Below, piece after piece: positions 19,655-28,243 of a stretch of 64,000 nucleotides of DNA. The stretch's first letter is position 1. Each line of letters begins with the position of its first letter. The stretch lies in the IMG/VR virus record IMGVR_UViG_3300022848_000006, one strand, 5' to 3'. Below the pieces are notes generated by a model. That model did no database searches. It was given only the letters and a program-made list of their open reading frames with translations, and was not told the DNA's origin. A program made the position numbers and the translations under genes. This stretch comes from a virus.

Positions 19655-19984
19655 CTACACATTGGCAGGGTCTCGATCCAACCAAGCCTTAGCTTCGTCG
19701 ATAGCGTTTTGTACTGTGTCGTTAGGAACCTTGGCAGTTGTGCCGTAGTTCATTCGACCAATCGCGATAGAACGTCCAATGGTTCGATCAAATCGGTCTG
19801 CACGTCGGACTTGCTCGCCCTTCGAGTTAGTACCACGAGAGGCGAAAGACCAACCAAGACCCTTAGTTTCGGTGTTGACGCACACGACGCCAATTGGGTG
19901 ACCGCCATCATCGCGGATATAACGGAACTTCACGTTTTTGTCGTTCATCTGTTTTCTCCAATAGAATGGGATTGTTTCCCCCAT
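19655..19984 (-). CDS. Conserved phage hypothetical (likely start MNDK)
   Basis: DRFDRTIGRSIAIGR; promoter at 19983-20010. Confidence 0.5.
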   Translation of the reverse strand: MGETIPFYWRKQMNDKNVKFRYIRDDGGHPIGVVCVNTETKGLGWSFASRGTNSKGEQVRRADRFDRTIGRSIAIGRMNYGTTAKVPNDTVQNAIDEAKAWLDRDPANV

Positions 19985-20129
19985 TATACTGAGGGATTGG
20001 GATTTGTCAAGAGGTAATCTAGGAAATTACCAAAACTCTTTGCTTCGGAATAACATTTCGGTTCACAGAAAGGCTTTGGACATAGATGTTCCAAGTCTTG
20101 CTATAAACTGGCGTAACCTTCACTTCACG

Positions 20130-20441
20130 TTACACCTTTTTCTCGACTGTTATGACAACTTTTGTTACCTTATAGGAACTGTAACCACCATAGTCACCAG
20201 TGCTCCCACTAACTTTGTACTCAATCTTTGGGTTTTCGCCCTCAAGATATCTATTGATCCGAGACGCATCAGTAAGAATGATCTTATTGAAGTCATCTAT
20301 GGACATTTCGGTTCTTTTGGTTACGGTGGTTTTCACTTTATTTTCCTGGTATGGGCAGTTTTGACAACCATAATTACAACACCAACCTCGTTTTAATAGA
20401 AATTCTCTACTTAGCGGCCTTGGTGTGTTCTCTAACGTCAC
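20130..20441 (-). CDS. DUF5522-like Cys-rich protein
   Basis: LSREFLLKRGWCCNYGCQNCPY. Confidence 0.5.
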   Translation of the reverse strand: MTLENTPRPLSREFLLKRGWCCNYGCQNCPYQENKVKTTVTKRTEMSIDDFNKIILTDASRINRYLEGENPKIEYKVSGSTGDYGGYSSYKVTKVVITVEKKV

Positions 20442-21216
20442 TGACTAAGCCCTCTTCGGTGTAAACTTGGTTGATTCCGTCTTCGTGTAAGATCATAACA
20501 CCAAGGTAATGAGAGAAGATCCCGTGAGAGACATAGAGGTTAACCTCTTCTGCGTCTTGGTAATAGAGAATCTTAGAAGCTTCTCTGAAAGTACGACCAC
20601 CGTCGCACAAATCGTCAACGATCAAGACACACTTGTCTGTAACGTCAGCCTCTCCGTGCATTTTCATGCCGGTAATCTCACCAGTAGACTGATTTCGCAC
20701 CTTCTCCATGTAGACAAAGGGCTTGCCAGCAAGTGAAGGGTATCGAGTAGACGCACTAACGTCTGGGAAGCAAATGACTTCTGCATTGCAACCATCGATA
20801 GCCACTTGAATCTCAGCACAAGGCTCGACACAGGTCAGACCATCGCCGAAGTATTGCTCCAACAACTCTTCGCTGTGAGGGTCGAAAACGACTAGCGAAT
20901 CGAATACTGGGGCAATTAAGCCTAAGAAAGTATGTAGGGCGAATGTGGCGTCATTGCTGACTTCTTTGTCCTGGCGAGCATAGGGCAAGTAGGGCAGAGT
21001 CAAGCATACGTCGACTTCAACGTTCAGGCTGCGAATGAGAGTCATCAGTTGCAGCAAGTGAATCAATTCACCTTCATGGTCAAAGTGCCATACAATGTCC
21101 AACCCACTAGTGGAGCTTTCGATCTGCTTGATGAGCGTTAGGGGCAGCTTCCACACTTGACTGGTGTCGTCAGGGAAGATCGTAGGTGTAATTTCTTGGT
21201 CGTTCAGTTTAATCAT
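20407..21216 (-). CDS. prs: Ribose-phosphate pyrophosphokinase-like protein
   Basis: TIFPD, LPYLPYARQDK, DPHS, FPD, LIVDDLCDGGRTF, YVSHGIFS. Confidence 0.88.
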   Translation of the reverse strand: MIKLNDQEITPTIFPDDTSQVWKLPLTLIKQIESSTSGLDIVWHFDHEGELIHLLQLMTLIRSLNVEVDVCLTLPYLPYARQDKEVSNDATFALHTFLGLIAPVFDSLVVFDPHSEELLEQYFGDGLTCVEPCAEIQVAIDGCNAEVICFPDVSASTRYPSLAGKPFVYMEKVRNQSTGEITGMKMHGEADVTDKCVLIVDDLCDGGRTFREASKILYYQDAEEVNLYVSHGIFSHYLGVMILHEDGINQVYTEEGLVSDVREHTKAAK

Positions 21217-21383
21217 TGCATTTTCCAGTACAGCAGGGGCATTTACGTGTTGGTAGTGTGAAAAAACTAGAAATCCTAGTCCAAATCCGCGACAAGACTT
21301 CTTCTAGCAAATCCTACGGGTCGGCTTTGTCTACTGGCATTATACTCTTTTCTTCTGACTTGTCAACCCATATTTTGCAAACA

Positions 21384-21959
21384 CTAACCAACTCCAATAC
21401 AGTCTGGGTTATACCAACTAACAAATTCGTCATCAGGAAAGCCTTGGCATTGTAAAAGAAAAGGAAGGGGGTCAAGCAGATTGGGGTCACGAGGGATAGC
21501 TTCGCCTTCGTGGTGCCAGTGACTCCAGTTTAAGGTTTCTTGGGCACCTTTTTTATACCTCTCAAAGTGAAGCATGAAGATAGAGTGACCAGGAATGTCT
21601 GGGCGAGCCCTCTCTGGAAAGATCACATTAGTAATTAGACCTATGTGGTCACGCTCATTTACGTGCTGTCCAACTTTTAAGTGTAAGGGCTCTTCAATCC
21701 CTCCATAGTTGCAGATAGCACGCTCACCCTTAACGCTTACCGCCCAAGTGTCTTTCCACCAGGGCGACTCTTTACCTCCAGTAAACTGGCCAATCTTGAT
21801 AACCTCACCAGACTCACAAGCTGTCACAGAGCAGGGACCATCAACATAGATATCAATTCCAACGTGAAAGTTCTTTCTACGCTTGAAACCAAAGGCTCCA
21901 GGGTGGTGGTTAATAGGAATACCAGTCACCATTCTGGGACTTACTGGAAAATATTGCAT
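21384..21959 (-). CDS. M23 family peptidase
   Basis: HVGIDIY (HxxxD), MLHFE, DPLPFL. Confidence 0.75.
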   Translation of the reverse strand: MQYFPVSPRMVTGIPINHHPGAFGFKRRKNFHVGIDIYVDGPCSVTACESGEVIKIGQFTGGKESPWWKDTWAVSVKGERAICNYGGIEEPLHLKVGQHVNERDHIGLITNVIFPERARPDIPGHSIFMLHFERYKKGAQETLNWSHWHHEGEAIPRDPNLLDPLPFLLQCQGFPDDEFVSWYNPDCIGVG

Positions 21960-22043
21960 CTTTCTACCTCTCTTATGATTTCTGAAATTGGGGCAAGGGC
22001 ACCTACCCCAGTATCTCCGCAGGCTAGGGTTTTGTGTGCTGGG

Positions 22044-22343
22044 TTAACTATCATGGCTCCCATTTCGTATTTCATAATGGGCAGTAATGGGATTCTCCCA
22101 CATGAGCGTGTTCACAGCTGGGGCCAGGATCATTGGCTTCCTGTAGTCCCAGCATCTTGCTACATTGGTTAAGACATTGTCGCACAGCCCGTTACTGATT
22201 TTTCCAAGAGTATTAGCAGACAGTGGGGCGATGACAAACACATCAAACTCTTTTCGTAGCTCAATGTGTAATACTTTGCCTTCTTCTTTGTAGTACTGAA
22301 ACTCATCTAAATCTTTTCCTACTAAGCCGTCAGCATACAACAT
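22044..22343 (-). pseudogene. Truncated HFCD flavoprotein (CoaC/PPC decarboxylase-like)
   Basis: FVIAPLSANTLGKISNGLCDNVLT...LAPAVNTLMWENPIT; both ends missing. Confidence 0.7.
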
Positions 22344-22416
22344 CGAAGCGTGGGAGTTGCACCCACATTTCTCCCCCCAATGGAGAGCGTTCTATCTATT
22401 AAAACTACCAAGCCGA
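22343..22416 (-). tRNA. Degenerate tRNA-Gln(TTG)-like
   Basis: D arm, CTCTC-CATTGGG-GGGAG, T-arm GTGGG-TGCAACT-CCCAC; weak acceptor stem. Confidence 0.45.
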
Positions 22417-22421
22417 AACGA

Positions 22422-22555
22422 GTGGAAGCTGGTCTGAGAAACCTCGGCTTAGAGTGTACTCACGCACAGTTCTAGCAAAAGTCATTGACAGAATGAAGAT
22501 CTAATGCTAACTTAGATTGGTCATAGACCCTAAGCAGATTACTCAGACCAGCCTC
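22422..22555 (-). ncRNA. Unclassified multi-branched structured RNA (about 134 nt)
   Basis: 14-bp terminal helix GAGGCTGGTCTGAG/CTCAGACCAGCTTC, inner helix GCTTAGGGT/ACTCTAAGC, four hairpins including a GNRA loop. Confidence 0.65.
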
Positions 22556-22635
22556 TTATGCTCTATTCAAAGCATTTTAAGGTTGGGTTTGCAGATTTCA
22601 TTCTCGTGTATTATAGGCTACGCACCTACAACAAT

Positions 22636-22724
22636 TAGTGAGGTAGAGATTTGCACTCTACAATACGTGATAGTTTAACGACTTCGCAAGCGGTCACATC
22701 CGTCTACCTATTCCGGCACTCACC
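22636..22724 (-). ncRNA. tRNA-like RNA with 23-nt anticodon loop
   Basis: Acceptor GGTGAG/CTCACT, D-loop GGTAGA, stem TGTGA/TCACG, T-arm TAGAG-TGCAAAT-CTCTA. Confidence 0.6.
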
Positions 22725-22781
22725 AACGCTACCAATCACAGGCTGGTAGCCCACCCGCCCCTTAGAGGGCGATCCGATTAT

Positions 22782-24470
22782 CTAAACCGACACTAGGTTT
22801 AGTAGCTCTTGGTCCATCGTTTCGTTGAACAGGTCCATCGCGGTCTCAATCTTGTTGTTCAGAATGAACTGAACGTTGGAAGCTGAGTAACCAGACAAGT
22901 AGAACACGTTCTTCACGTCTCCAAAGGTCTCAAACTTTTGCTTGCTACCAGAACCATAGTATCTGTTGTACAGGTTCCACAAACAAATCTTGAAGTTGTC
23001 ACAGTACTCTGGTGAGAATCCTGCTTGACGCAACTTGTTACGAGCCATTTCAACGTTGGTCTTACCCAGTTGAGCAGGATCAAACTCGCCGTCACTGATA
23101 CAAACAATTCCACCAGGGAAGTCTGACTCAGGAACACCTTGCCCCTTTAGGTTAACGAACAGGTCGATAACCGATTGGAAGTTGGTATTCCCAACACAAC
23201 CAGAGCGATCATTATGCCACTTCTCGGAAGCGGTTTGCCCTTTCCATTCGTGCATCTGTGCTGAGCGGTTAAACTCAATCCAGTTGTCTGCGAATTGTCC
23301 AGACAAAAACTCTGAGAAATACAATGCCATTGCCTTCGCAACGTTAAAGCATGTGAACTTAGATCCGTCAGCCGTATCTCCCATAGATCCCGAAGTATCA
23401 CGAACAACAATCATTCCAGTGGAATTCTCATTCTCGCCCTTCGCCTTGTTAACAGCCTCAACGAACTGCTTGTCAACGGTACTAACGAAGTTAGCATCCC
23501 TGTTGGTGTCTAGCTCACAGAGCAGTTCGTAAATGAACCCTGTGTACTTGACCGAAACAGTTTCCTTGTCATTGATCCACTCGTAGTAAGCGTCAGACAG
23601 GTTTTGGTTCTTCAAGAACTTACTACGAACCAGTAGGTTCAGGGCACGTCCATGAATTGTCTTGAAGTCCAACTCTGCAAACTTTTGTTGAGAGATCAGC
23701 TTTTGCCACTCGTGAGAGGTTCCGCTGTTCTTCAACTTGCGATACTCTCTGTAGGTCTTAGAGCCGCTCTTTGATCCGAAGACCAAGTTACAGATCCACT
23801 TAGCGATGATGTTGCCAGCTTGCTTCTCGACAGTCGTACAAGACGAGTTAGACCTGATTTGGGGCAGGTACTTCTTCATCAAGTTGACAGTGGTCTCATT
23901 CCCTAGCAACTCCACGATCAGAGCACCGAACTTATCCCAGTCCAGCTTACGTCCCTCCCAACCGTGGTACACAAGGTCTTGACGGAGCATCGTGATGATG
24001 TCCTTACAAGAACCAGCAGAAATGAATAGGCCAATGTTTGACCAAAATGCCTCTGGGTCTTTTTGAGACAGCCAGACCATACGCATGATTCCTTCATGAC
24101 GTAGCTCTGCTCCAGATTGTGCCTCTTGAGTTTTGATACCCAAGCCGAACAAATCAGTCTTACGACTAATCATTCTCATGTAGATAGTGAACTTAACGAA
24201 CAGTTCTTTGTCCTTCGCATACAGCTTAGAGCAGTCGCTAGAGATATCATCGAATGAACGTGGAGCCTTATAGGTTCCGAGGTTGCCGAATTGGTCTACG
24301 AAATCAGATCCAGTCGTTTGGAACTTCAAAGCTGCGTTGCCACTGAGAGTCTTTGCAGACTCTTTTTCCAGGCCAAACAAGAACTGATTTTTCTTATTAG
24401 AGCCTTTTTTGACCTTTTTAACACGAACTTCAATTAGTTGGTTTTTCTTTTCCTTAAACATTTCAGTCAT
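22782..24470 (-). CDS. Ro60/TROVE-like helical plus vWA protein (DUF2828 type)
   Basis: TLSGNAALKFQTTGSDFVDQF, KYLP, WQKLISQQ...F..I...AL; vWA VRDTSGSMG, NTNFQSVIDLF, CISDGEFD, LWNL, LSGYS. Confidence 0.75.
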   Translation of the reverse strand: MTEMFKEKKNQLIEVRVKKVKKGSNKKNQFLFGLEKESAKTLSGNAALKFQTTGSDFVDQFGNLGTYKAPRSFDDISSDCSKLYAKDKELFVKFTIYMRMISRKTDLFGLGIKTQEAQSGAELRHEGIMRMVWLSQKDPEAFWSNIGLFISAGSCKDIITMLRQDLVYHGWEGRKLDWDKFGALIVELLGNETTVNLMKKYLPQIRSNSSCTTVEKQAGNIIAKWICNLVFGSKSGSKTYREYRKLKNSGTSHEWQKLISQQKFAELDFKTIHGRALNLLVRSKFLKNQNLSDAYYEWINDKETVSVKYTGFIYELLCELDTNRDANFVSTVDKQFVEAVNKAKGENENSTGMIVVRDTSGSMGDTADGSKFTCFNVAKAMALYFSEFLSGQFADNWIEFNRSAQMHEWKGQTASEKWHNDRSGCVGNTNFQSVIDLFVNLKGQGVPESDFPGGIVCISDGEFDPAQLGKTNVEMARNKLRQAGFSPEYCDNFKICLWNLYNRYYGSGSKQKFETFGDVKNVFYLSGYSASNVQFILNNKIETAMDLFNETMDQELLNLVSV

Positions 24471-24530
24471 TATGAATTTCCCTGTGACAATTTGAACAAA
24501 GTGGAACGCACTTTTTTAATTCTTCTTTAA
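24463..24530 (-). pseudogene. HNH endonuclease C-terminal relic
   Basis: EELKKCVPLCSNCHREIHND*. Confidence 0.65.
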
Positions 24531-24586
24531 GCTTATTAGTACAACTAACTAGCCTAGACGTTAATTTATACTTATTGTCGTGATCC

Positions 24587-24821
24587 AGACTACATTTCAA
24601 CGTTTCAAATTATTAGTTTGATGTTTGAAGTGATTTGCGGTTTATAGTCTTGTTCGAGTTTCGTTTTCGTGCTCTACCATTAAGCTACAAGTGCAAGCAC
24701 TTGATCAGATTCGAACTGATACCACGTCATTAACAATTGAAAATAGATTGCTGAATGAAACTCTATACAGGCCACGTTTAATTCAACCAAAATGAAATTG
24801 TTTGATTTGCAGTATGCGGCC
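24587..24821 (-). ncRNA. Tandem array of three stem-closed RNA units with CNGCAA(A)TC motif (Y-RNA-like candidates)
   Basis: Units 24770-24821, 24656-24763, 24587-24650, each closed by a terminal helix and separated by 5-6 nt; middle unit holds a permuted tRNA module. Confidence 0.72.
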
Positions 24822-24842
24822 TTGTCTCGTTCTCATACTAGT

Positions 24843-24870
24843 ATTATAGCAGAGAACGAGTTTTTGTCAA
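24843..24870 (-). promoter_or_regulatory. Sigma70-type promoter driving the RNA array and TROVE-like gene
   Basis: TTGACA-N16-TATAAT. Confidence 0.8.
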
Positions 24871-24886
24871 CCCGTTTCTTGGAATT

Positions 24887-25288
24887 TTATTTGATTTTTT
24901 CCCACTCGTAGAAACCGACGCTGATTAAAACTATTTCTAGCATAACCAACCAAATCTCTGCTTGTCGAATAGTCAACTCAATCCCAGCATTTGCCATAAC
25001 AAGTCTAAATCGTTTGATTTTTATCTCGTCATAGTGAACCATTTCTTCTAACCCCCAAGCCGCAGCAAGGTCAAGCTTGAGAGTCTTTGACACCGTTTTG
25101 AAATGCTTCCAGAAGTATCGCCTTTCATAGTTTGAAAGTTCATACCCTAGAATTTCAGTTACAAAGTCTTCCAAAAGGTGTGTAAATTCTTTCTTTTTCA
25201 TGTTATCTACCGAAGTGTGCAGCCTCATCAAAAGCTTCGTTGATAGCGTCCTCTTCATCTTGCTGTTCAAGCAAAGACAATTCGACAT
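24887..25288 (-). CDS. Hypothetical protein (start probably internal)
   Basis: Coding-strand ORF. Confidence 0.4.
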   Translation of the reverse strand: MSNCLCLNSKMKRTLSTKLLMRLHTSVDNMKKKEFTHLLEDFVTEILGYELSNYERRYFWKHFKTVSKTLKLDLAAAWGLEEMVHYDEIKIKRFRLVMANAGIELTIRQAEIWLVMLEIVLISVGFYEWEKIK

Positions 25289-25406
25289 TCAAACGCTTGA
25301 CATACTTAGCGGCGTCAATCACAACGACTCCACCAATTGTTGTCTGGCTTTTTTTAGCAGTTTTAATCATCAAACGAACTACGTCAATTGTATCAGAAAC
25401 TCTCAT
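25203..25406 (-). CDS. Hypothetical protein
   Basis: Coupled ORF. Confidence 0.45.
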   Translation of the reverse strand: MRVSDTIDVVRLMIKTAKKSQTTIGGVVVIDAAKYVKRLNVELSLLEQQDEEDAINEAFDEAAHFGR

Positions 25407-25409
25407 GTC

Positions 25410-25796
25410 TCACTCCGAAGGTACTTGTTGAGGCTTAAAGGGCACATTTGCATCAGACAAAGAAGCAGGTTCTTCTTCAAGAATTTCTGTACGCTGTGGA
25501 TGGAAAGGGCAATCAATGGTGACGTTACCGACAATCACTTTACCAATTCCTTCACAACTACAGTCCTGTACGTTTCTATCTAGGTCGACAATGACCATAG
25601 CAGGATAGTGCAAGTGGTCTCTGCCTTCTAGGCTAAAAGGCTTTGCTGTACTTGGTTCGGATGAAGAGCACCCAAGAGCCAAGGATAATACCAGCAGCAA
25701 AGCAGCAGGTCGCCGAAGAATCGAACTCCGATTTTCGGTTTTGGAAACCGACGTAATGCCATTATACCAGCGACCTGTATTCATTCCTTTTCCCAT
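25410..25796 (-). CDS. Putative lipoprotein
   Basis: LLLVLSLALGC lipobox-like segment. Confidence 0.45.
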   Translation of the reverse strand: MGKGMNTGRWYNGITSVSKTENRSSILRRPAALLLVLSLALGCSSSEPSTAKPFSLEGRDHLHYPAMVIVDLDRNVQDCSCEGIGKVIVGNVTIDCPFHPQRTEILEEEPASLSDANVPFKPQQVPSE

Positions 25797-25841
25797 TTTA
25801 TATTCCTTTGCTATTACTTTTAAAAACCAGACAACAAAAAG

Positions 25842-25927
25842 TGGACAGAGAGGGAATCGAACCCCCAGGGACCGTTAGGCCGACAGATTTACAGTCTGCA
25901 ACGCTACCAATTACGTGCTACCTATCC
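25842..25927 (-). tRNA. tRNA-Tyr(GTA)
   Basis: Full cloverleaf, GCAGA-CTGTAAA-TCTGT, long variable arm. Confidence 0.9.
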
Positions 25928-25986
25928 TTTGTTCCCCCATTATACCACGGGGCGTGGTTTTGTCAAGACTTTTCGGGCAAATTTTC

Positions 25987-26194
25987 TTAGATTTTCTCAG
26001 AAGCGGAAGGATTCTTATTAGAAGGTGCGGTGCAGATTCTAACATCGAAACAAATAGACAACAACTTCATAGAACTAATAGCTCTGTGCATTGGCTTGAG
26101 GTCTCTGTTTACGACCCCCGTAGAACGCACCTTCCCAGTCACACAGAACCCCGTCCATGTCCACTTGTACTACTTTCTTTTTGAATTGCGTCAT
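25987..26194 (-). pseudogene. HAD 5'(3')-nucleotidase relic, frameshifted and truncated
   Basis: KVVQVDMDGVLCDW, then other frame PMHRAISSMKLLSICFDVRICTAPS. Confidence 0.7.
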
Positions 26195-26712
26195 CGCTGC
26201 CTCACTATTCGAGAACGGAATGTATATCCTGATCTTACTGCTCTCAGTAAATTCTGAGGCTCATAGCCATCATGTTGGCTAAGTTGATACCGACCAGAAG
26301 CACTAATAACACTGGCAGAGTATGGACTACACCAAGTGCCGTCTGTCTTTTTTGATCTTGGTCTTAGGTAGTTCCTTAACTTATAAGGCTTACCTAGGTT
26401 GATTTGTGCGTTTGCTCGCATTGCTGCGACTTCAACAACGGAGAAAGGTACTTTTGGTATGTAATAGTCATTTGTAGTACGAGGTTTACCATAATTAGCA
26501 ACAGGAACAGCGTGTGCTCTAGGCCAGTCTGATTCATAAACGTAACCATCAATAACCACCCCTACATGCGTGTACTGATCTCCACCTGTCATATTTTTCG
26601 CTACTCTTCCTATCAATCCCTTCTTAGACGAGAAGATAAGTGTACCATCTGGGTACTGTGCGTAAGATGTGTTAGTTAAGCAGAATAAGATTAAAAATAA
26701 TATAGTTTTCAT
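26191..26712 (-). CDS. Permuted papain-like amidase (YiiX/C92-like) with signal peptide
   Basis: YTHVGVV, GKPY, WCSPYS. Confidence 0.7.
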   Translation of the reverse strand: MKTILFLILFCLTNTSYAQYPDGTLIFSSKKGLIGRVAKNMTGGDQYTHVGVVIDGYVYESDWPRAHAVPVANYGKPRTTNDYYIPKVPFSVVEVAAMRANAQINLGKPYKLRNYLRPRSKKTDGTWCSPYSASVISASGRYQLSQHDGYEPQNLLRAVRSGYTFRSRIVRQR

Positions 26713-26759
26713 AAAGTCTCCCTTGTATATTCAATTATACACAAAAGAAACCTGCCCAT

Positions 26760-27452
26760 TCACCTTCTCAAAAACGCCCTGATTCTCCTTAGGGGCACAT
26801 TAAAAGACTTGTAGCCATGTAGTTTAGGATAAGCCGACTTGGCACTTACTATTCCCACTAGCTTATTATCTTTAATGACTGGTCCACCAGACATACCCTC
26901 TAAAACATTTGCCTCCATGCAGTCATAATAATCTTCCGACACAAGTATCGAGGGGCAGCTATGTACAGTCCATGAACCGTGTGGGTGACCATACGTCTTA
27001 GTCAAATCTCCTATTTCTAGGTTTTCCCCTATCCCAATATACTCTACATTTTTCACTTCTTCAACTTTTAATAGGGCGAGATCATCTTCCTTACTAAAGC
27101 TCAGTATCTCTACTGGATATATATTATTTCTATACTCTATCCTTAAGTTTACTCCATTAGTAACAGATTCGCTTAAAACGTGATAACAGGTTAAAACCCT
27201 ATTCTCAGAAATAAACACCCCGCTACCTATTGACCCTCCCTCCTGCCTTACTAAAACAACTGAATTGCTTTGGGCAAACAGGGCAGTTGGAAAGAAACAT
27301 AAAATCAAGAATATAAATCTTTTCATAGTTCGCACTCTTCCCACGTTTCGCACTTTTCTCCCACATCTAGATGAGTTATTTCTACATAACTGATCCAAAC
27401 GGAATAAATTGTGCCACCTCTTGTGACTTGTTTGGAGCATTTGCCCCCACAC
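26760..27452 (-). CDS. Trypsin-like serine protease (likely start MKRFI near 27326)
   Basis: LTCYHV, DDLALL, GMSGGPV. Confidence 0.85.
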   Translation of the reverse strand: MWGQMLQTSHKRWHNLFRLDQLCRNNSSRCGRKVRNVGRVRTMKRFIFLILCFFPTALFAQSNSVVLVRQEGGSIGSGVFISENRVLTCYHVLSESVTNGVNLRIEYRNNIYPVEILSFSKEDDLALLKVEEVKNVEYIGIGENLEIGDLTKTYGHPHGSWTVHSCPSILVSEDYYDCMEANVLEGMSGGPVIKDNKLVGIVSAKSAYPKLHGYKSFNVPLRRIRAFLRR

Positions 27453-27652
27453 CCTTTAGTTACAAAGTCTTTAAAAGCCACACGCTGCATAGTAATTACA
27501 CTAATACTGCAATCGTATGGTTTATAACCATTTTCCCTTAACCAATCGTGAACTTTAATAGTGCGTACCATACGCTTATACGCAGTAGACCGTCTCTTTT
27601 CTTCATTGCTTCTAAAAGAAGGGGAAGTACTTATGTCCAAATCAATCTCCAA
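27323..27652 (-). CDS. Hypothetical protein
   Basis: Coupled ORF. Confidence 0.45.
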   Translation of the reverse strand: MEIDLDISTSPSFRSNEEKRRSTAYKRMVRTIKVHDWLRENGYKPYDCSISVITMQRVAFKDFVTKGCGGKCSKQVTRGGTIYSVWISYVEITHLDVGEKCETWEECEL

Positions 27653-27941
27653 CGTAAGTTCTAGTAGTTACTGTCTTAGGAACACCAAATGCGTTTTTGG
27701 CGGTATACGTCATTTCAACGTAATTGCCCTCAACCCTCGTACTCATGTTATCAAAAGAGACGGTATCTGGGTAATTTGCACTACCCCTCGCCCTCTGTTT
27801 CGCACTTAATATTTTATCTACATCGCTATAAGTTTGCTGTGTAGGTCTGTTTGGTTCTGGTGGATTAGTTGTTCAATACTAAACTAACCAACAACCCCAC
27901 ATTAAAGCTATAACAGTATATAGTATGCTTCTCATCTTAAA

Positions 27942-28012
27942 TAGCCCTGGCTAGAATTAAACTAACGCCTAAATATTCAAAGTATCTTGTGCTATCACTA
28001 CACCACAGGACT
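27942..28012 (-). tRNA. tRNA-Gln(TTG)
   Basis: AGTCCTG/CAGGGCT, AGATA-CTTTGAA-TATTT, T-loop TTTAATT (atypical). Confidence 0.75.
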
Positions 28013-28128
28013 GAATTTGCCCTGGTTGCTGATCGTTGTTATTCATATTCCTTATTCCTCAAAACTTTAATGGTTACTTTTTTCTACTATCTCGTATCTA
28101 ATTTTTAGTCTTTCTATTGTTTCTTTAG

Positions 28129-28201
28129 AGCCGCGAGTCGGCAATGATCCGACAACCTATACTTTACAAGAGTATTGCTCTGCCAATTGAGCTATCGCGG
28201 C
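28129..28201 (-). tRNA. tRNA-Thr(TGT)
   Basis: GCCGCGA/TCGCGGC, ATACT-CTTGTAA-AGTAT. Confidence 0.85.
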
Positions 28202-28243
28202 ATAATTTCACTGGTGAGCAGTGAGTCTCACTTGTACTAATAA

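Noticed and set aside
22540-22555. Direct homology of GGCTGGTCTGAG to vertebrate Y RNA 5' end
   Set aside because: Short match, and the helix lacks the bulged C required for Ro60 binding.
25993-26160. RNase P-like motifs on the plus strand (GCGGAAGGATTC...ACAGAACCCCG)
   Set aside because: Fully explained as the antisense of a HAD nucleotidase pseudogene (DMDGV); other RNase P conserved regions are absent.
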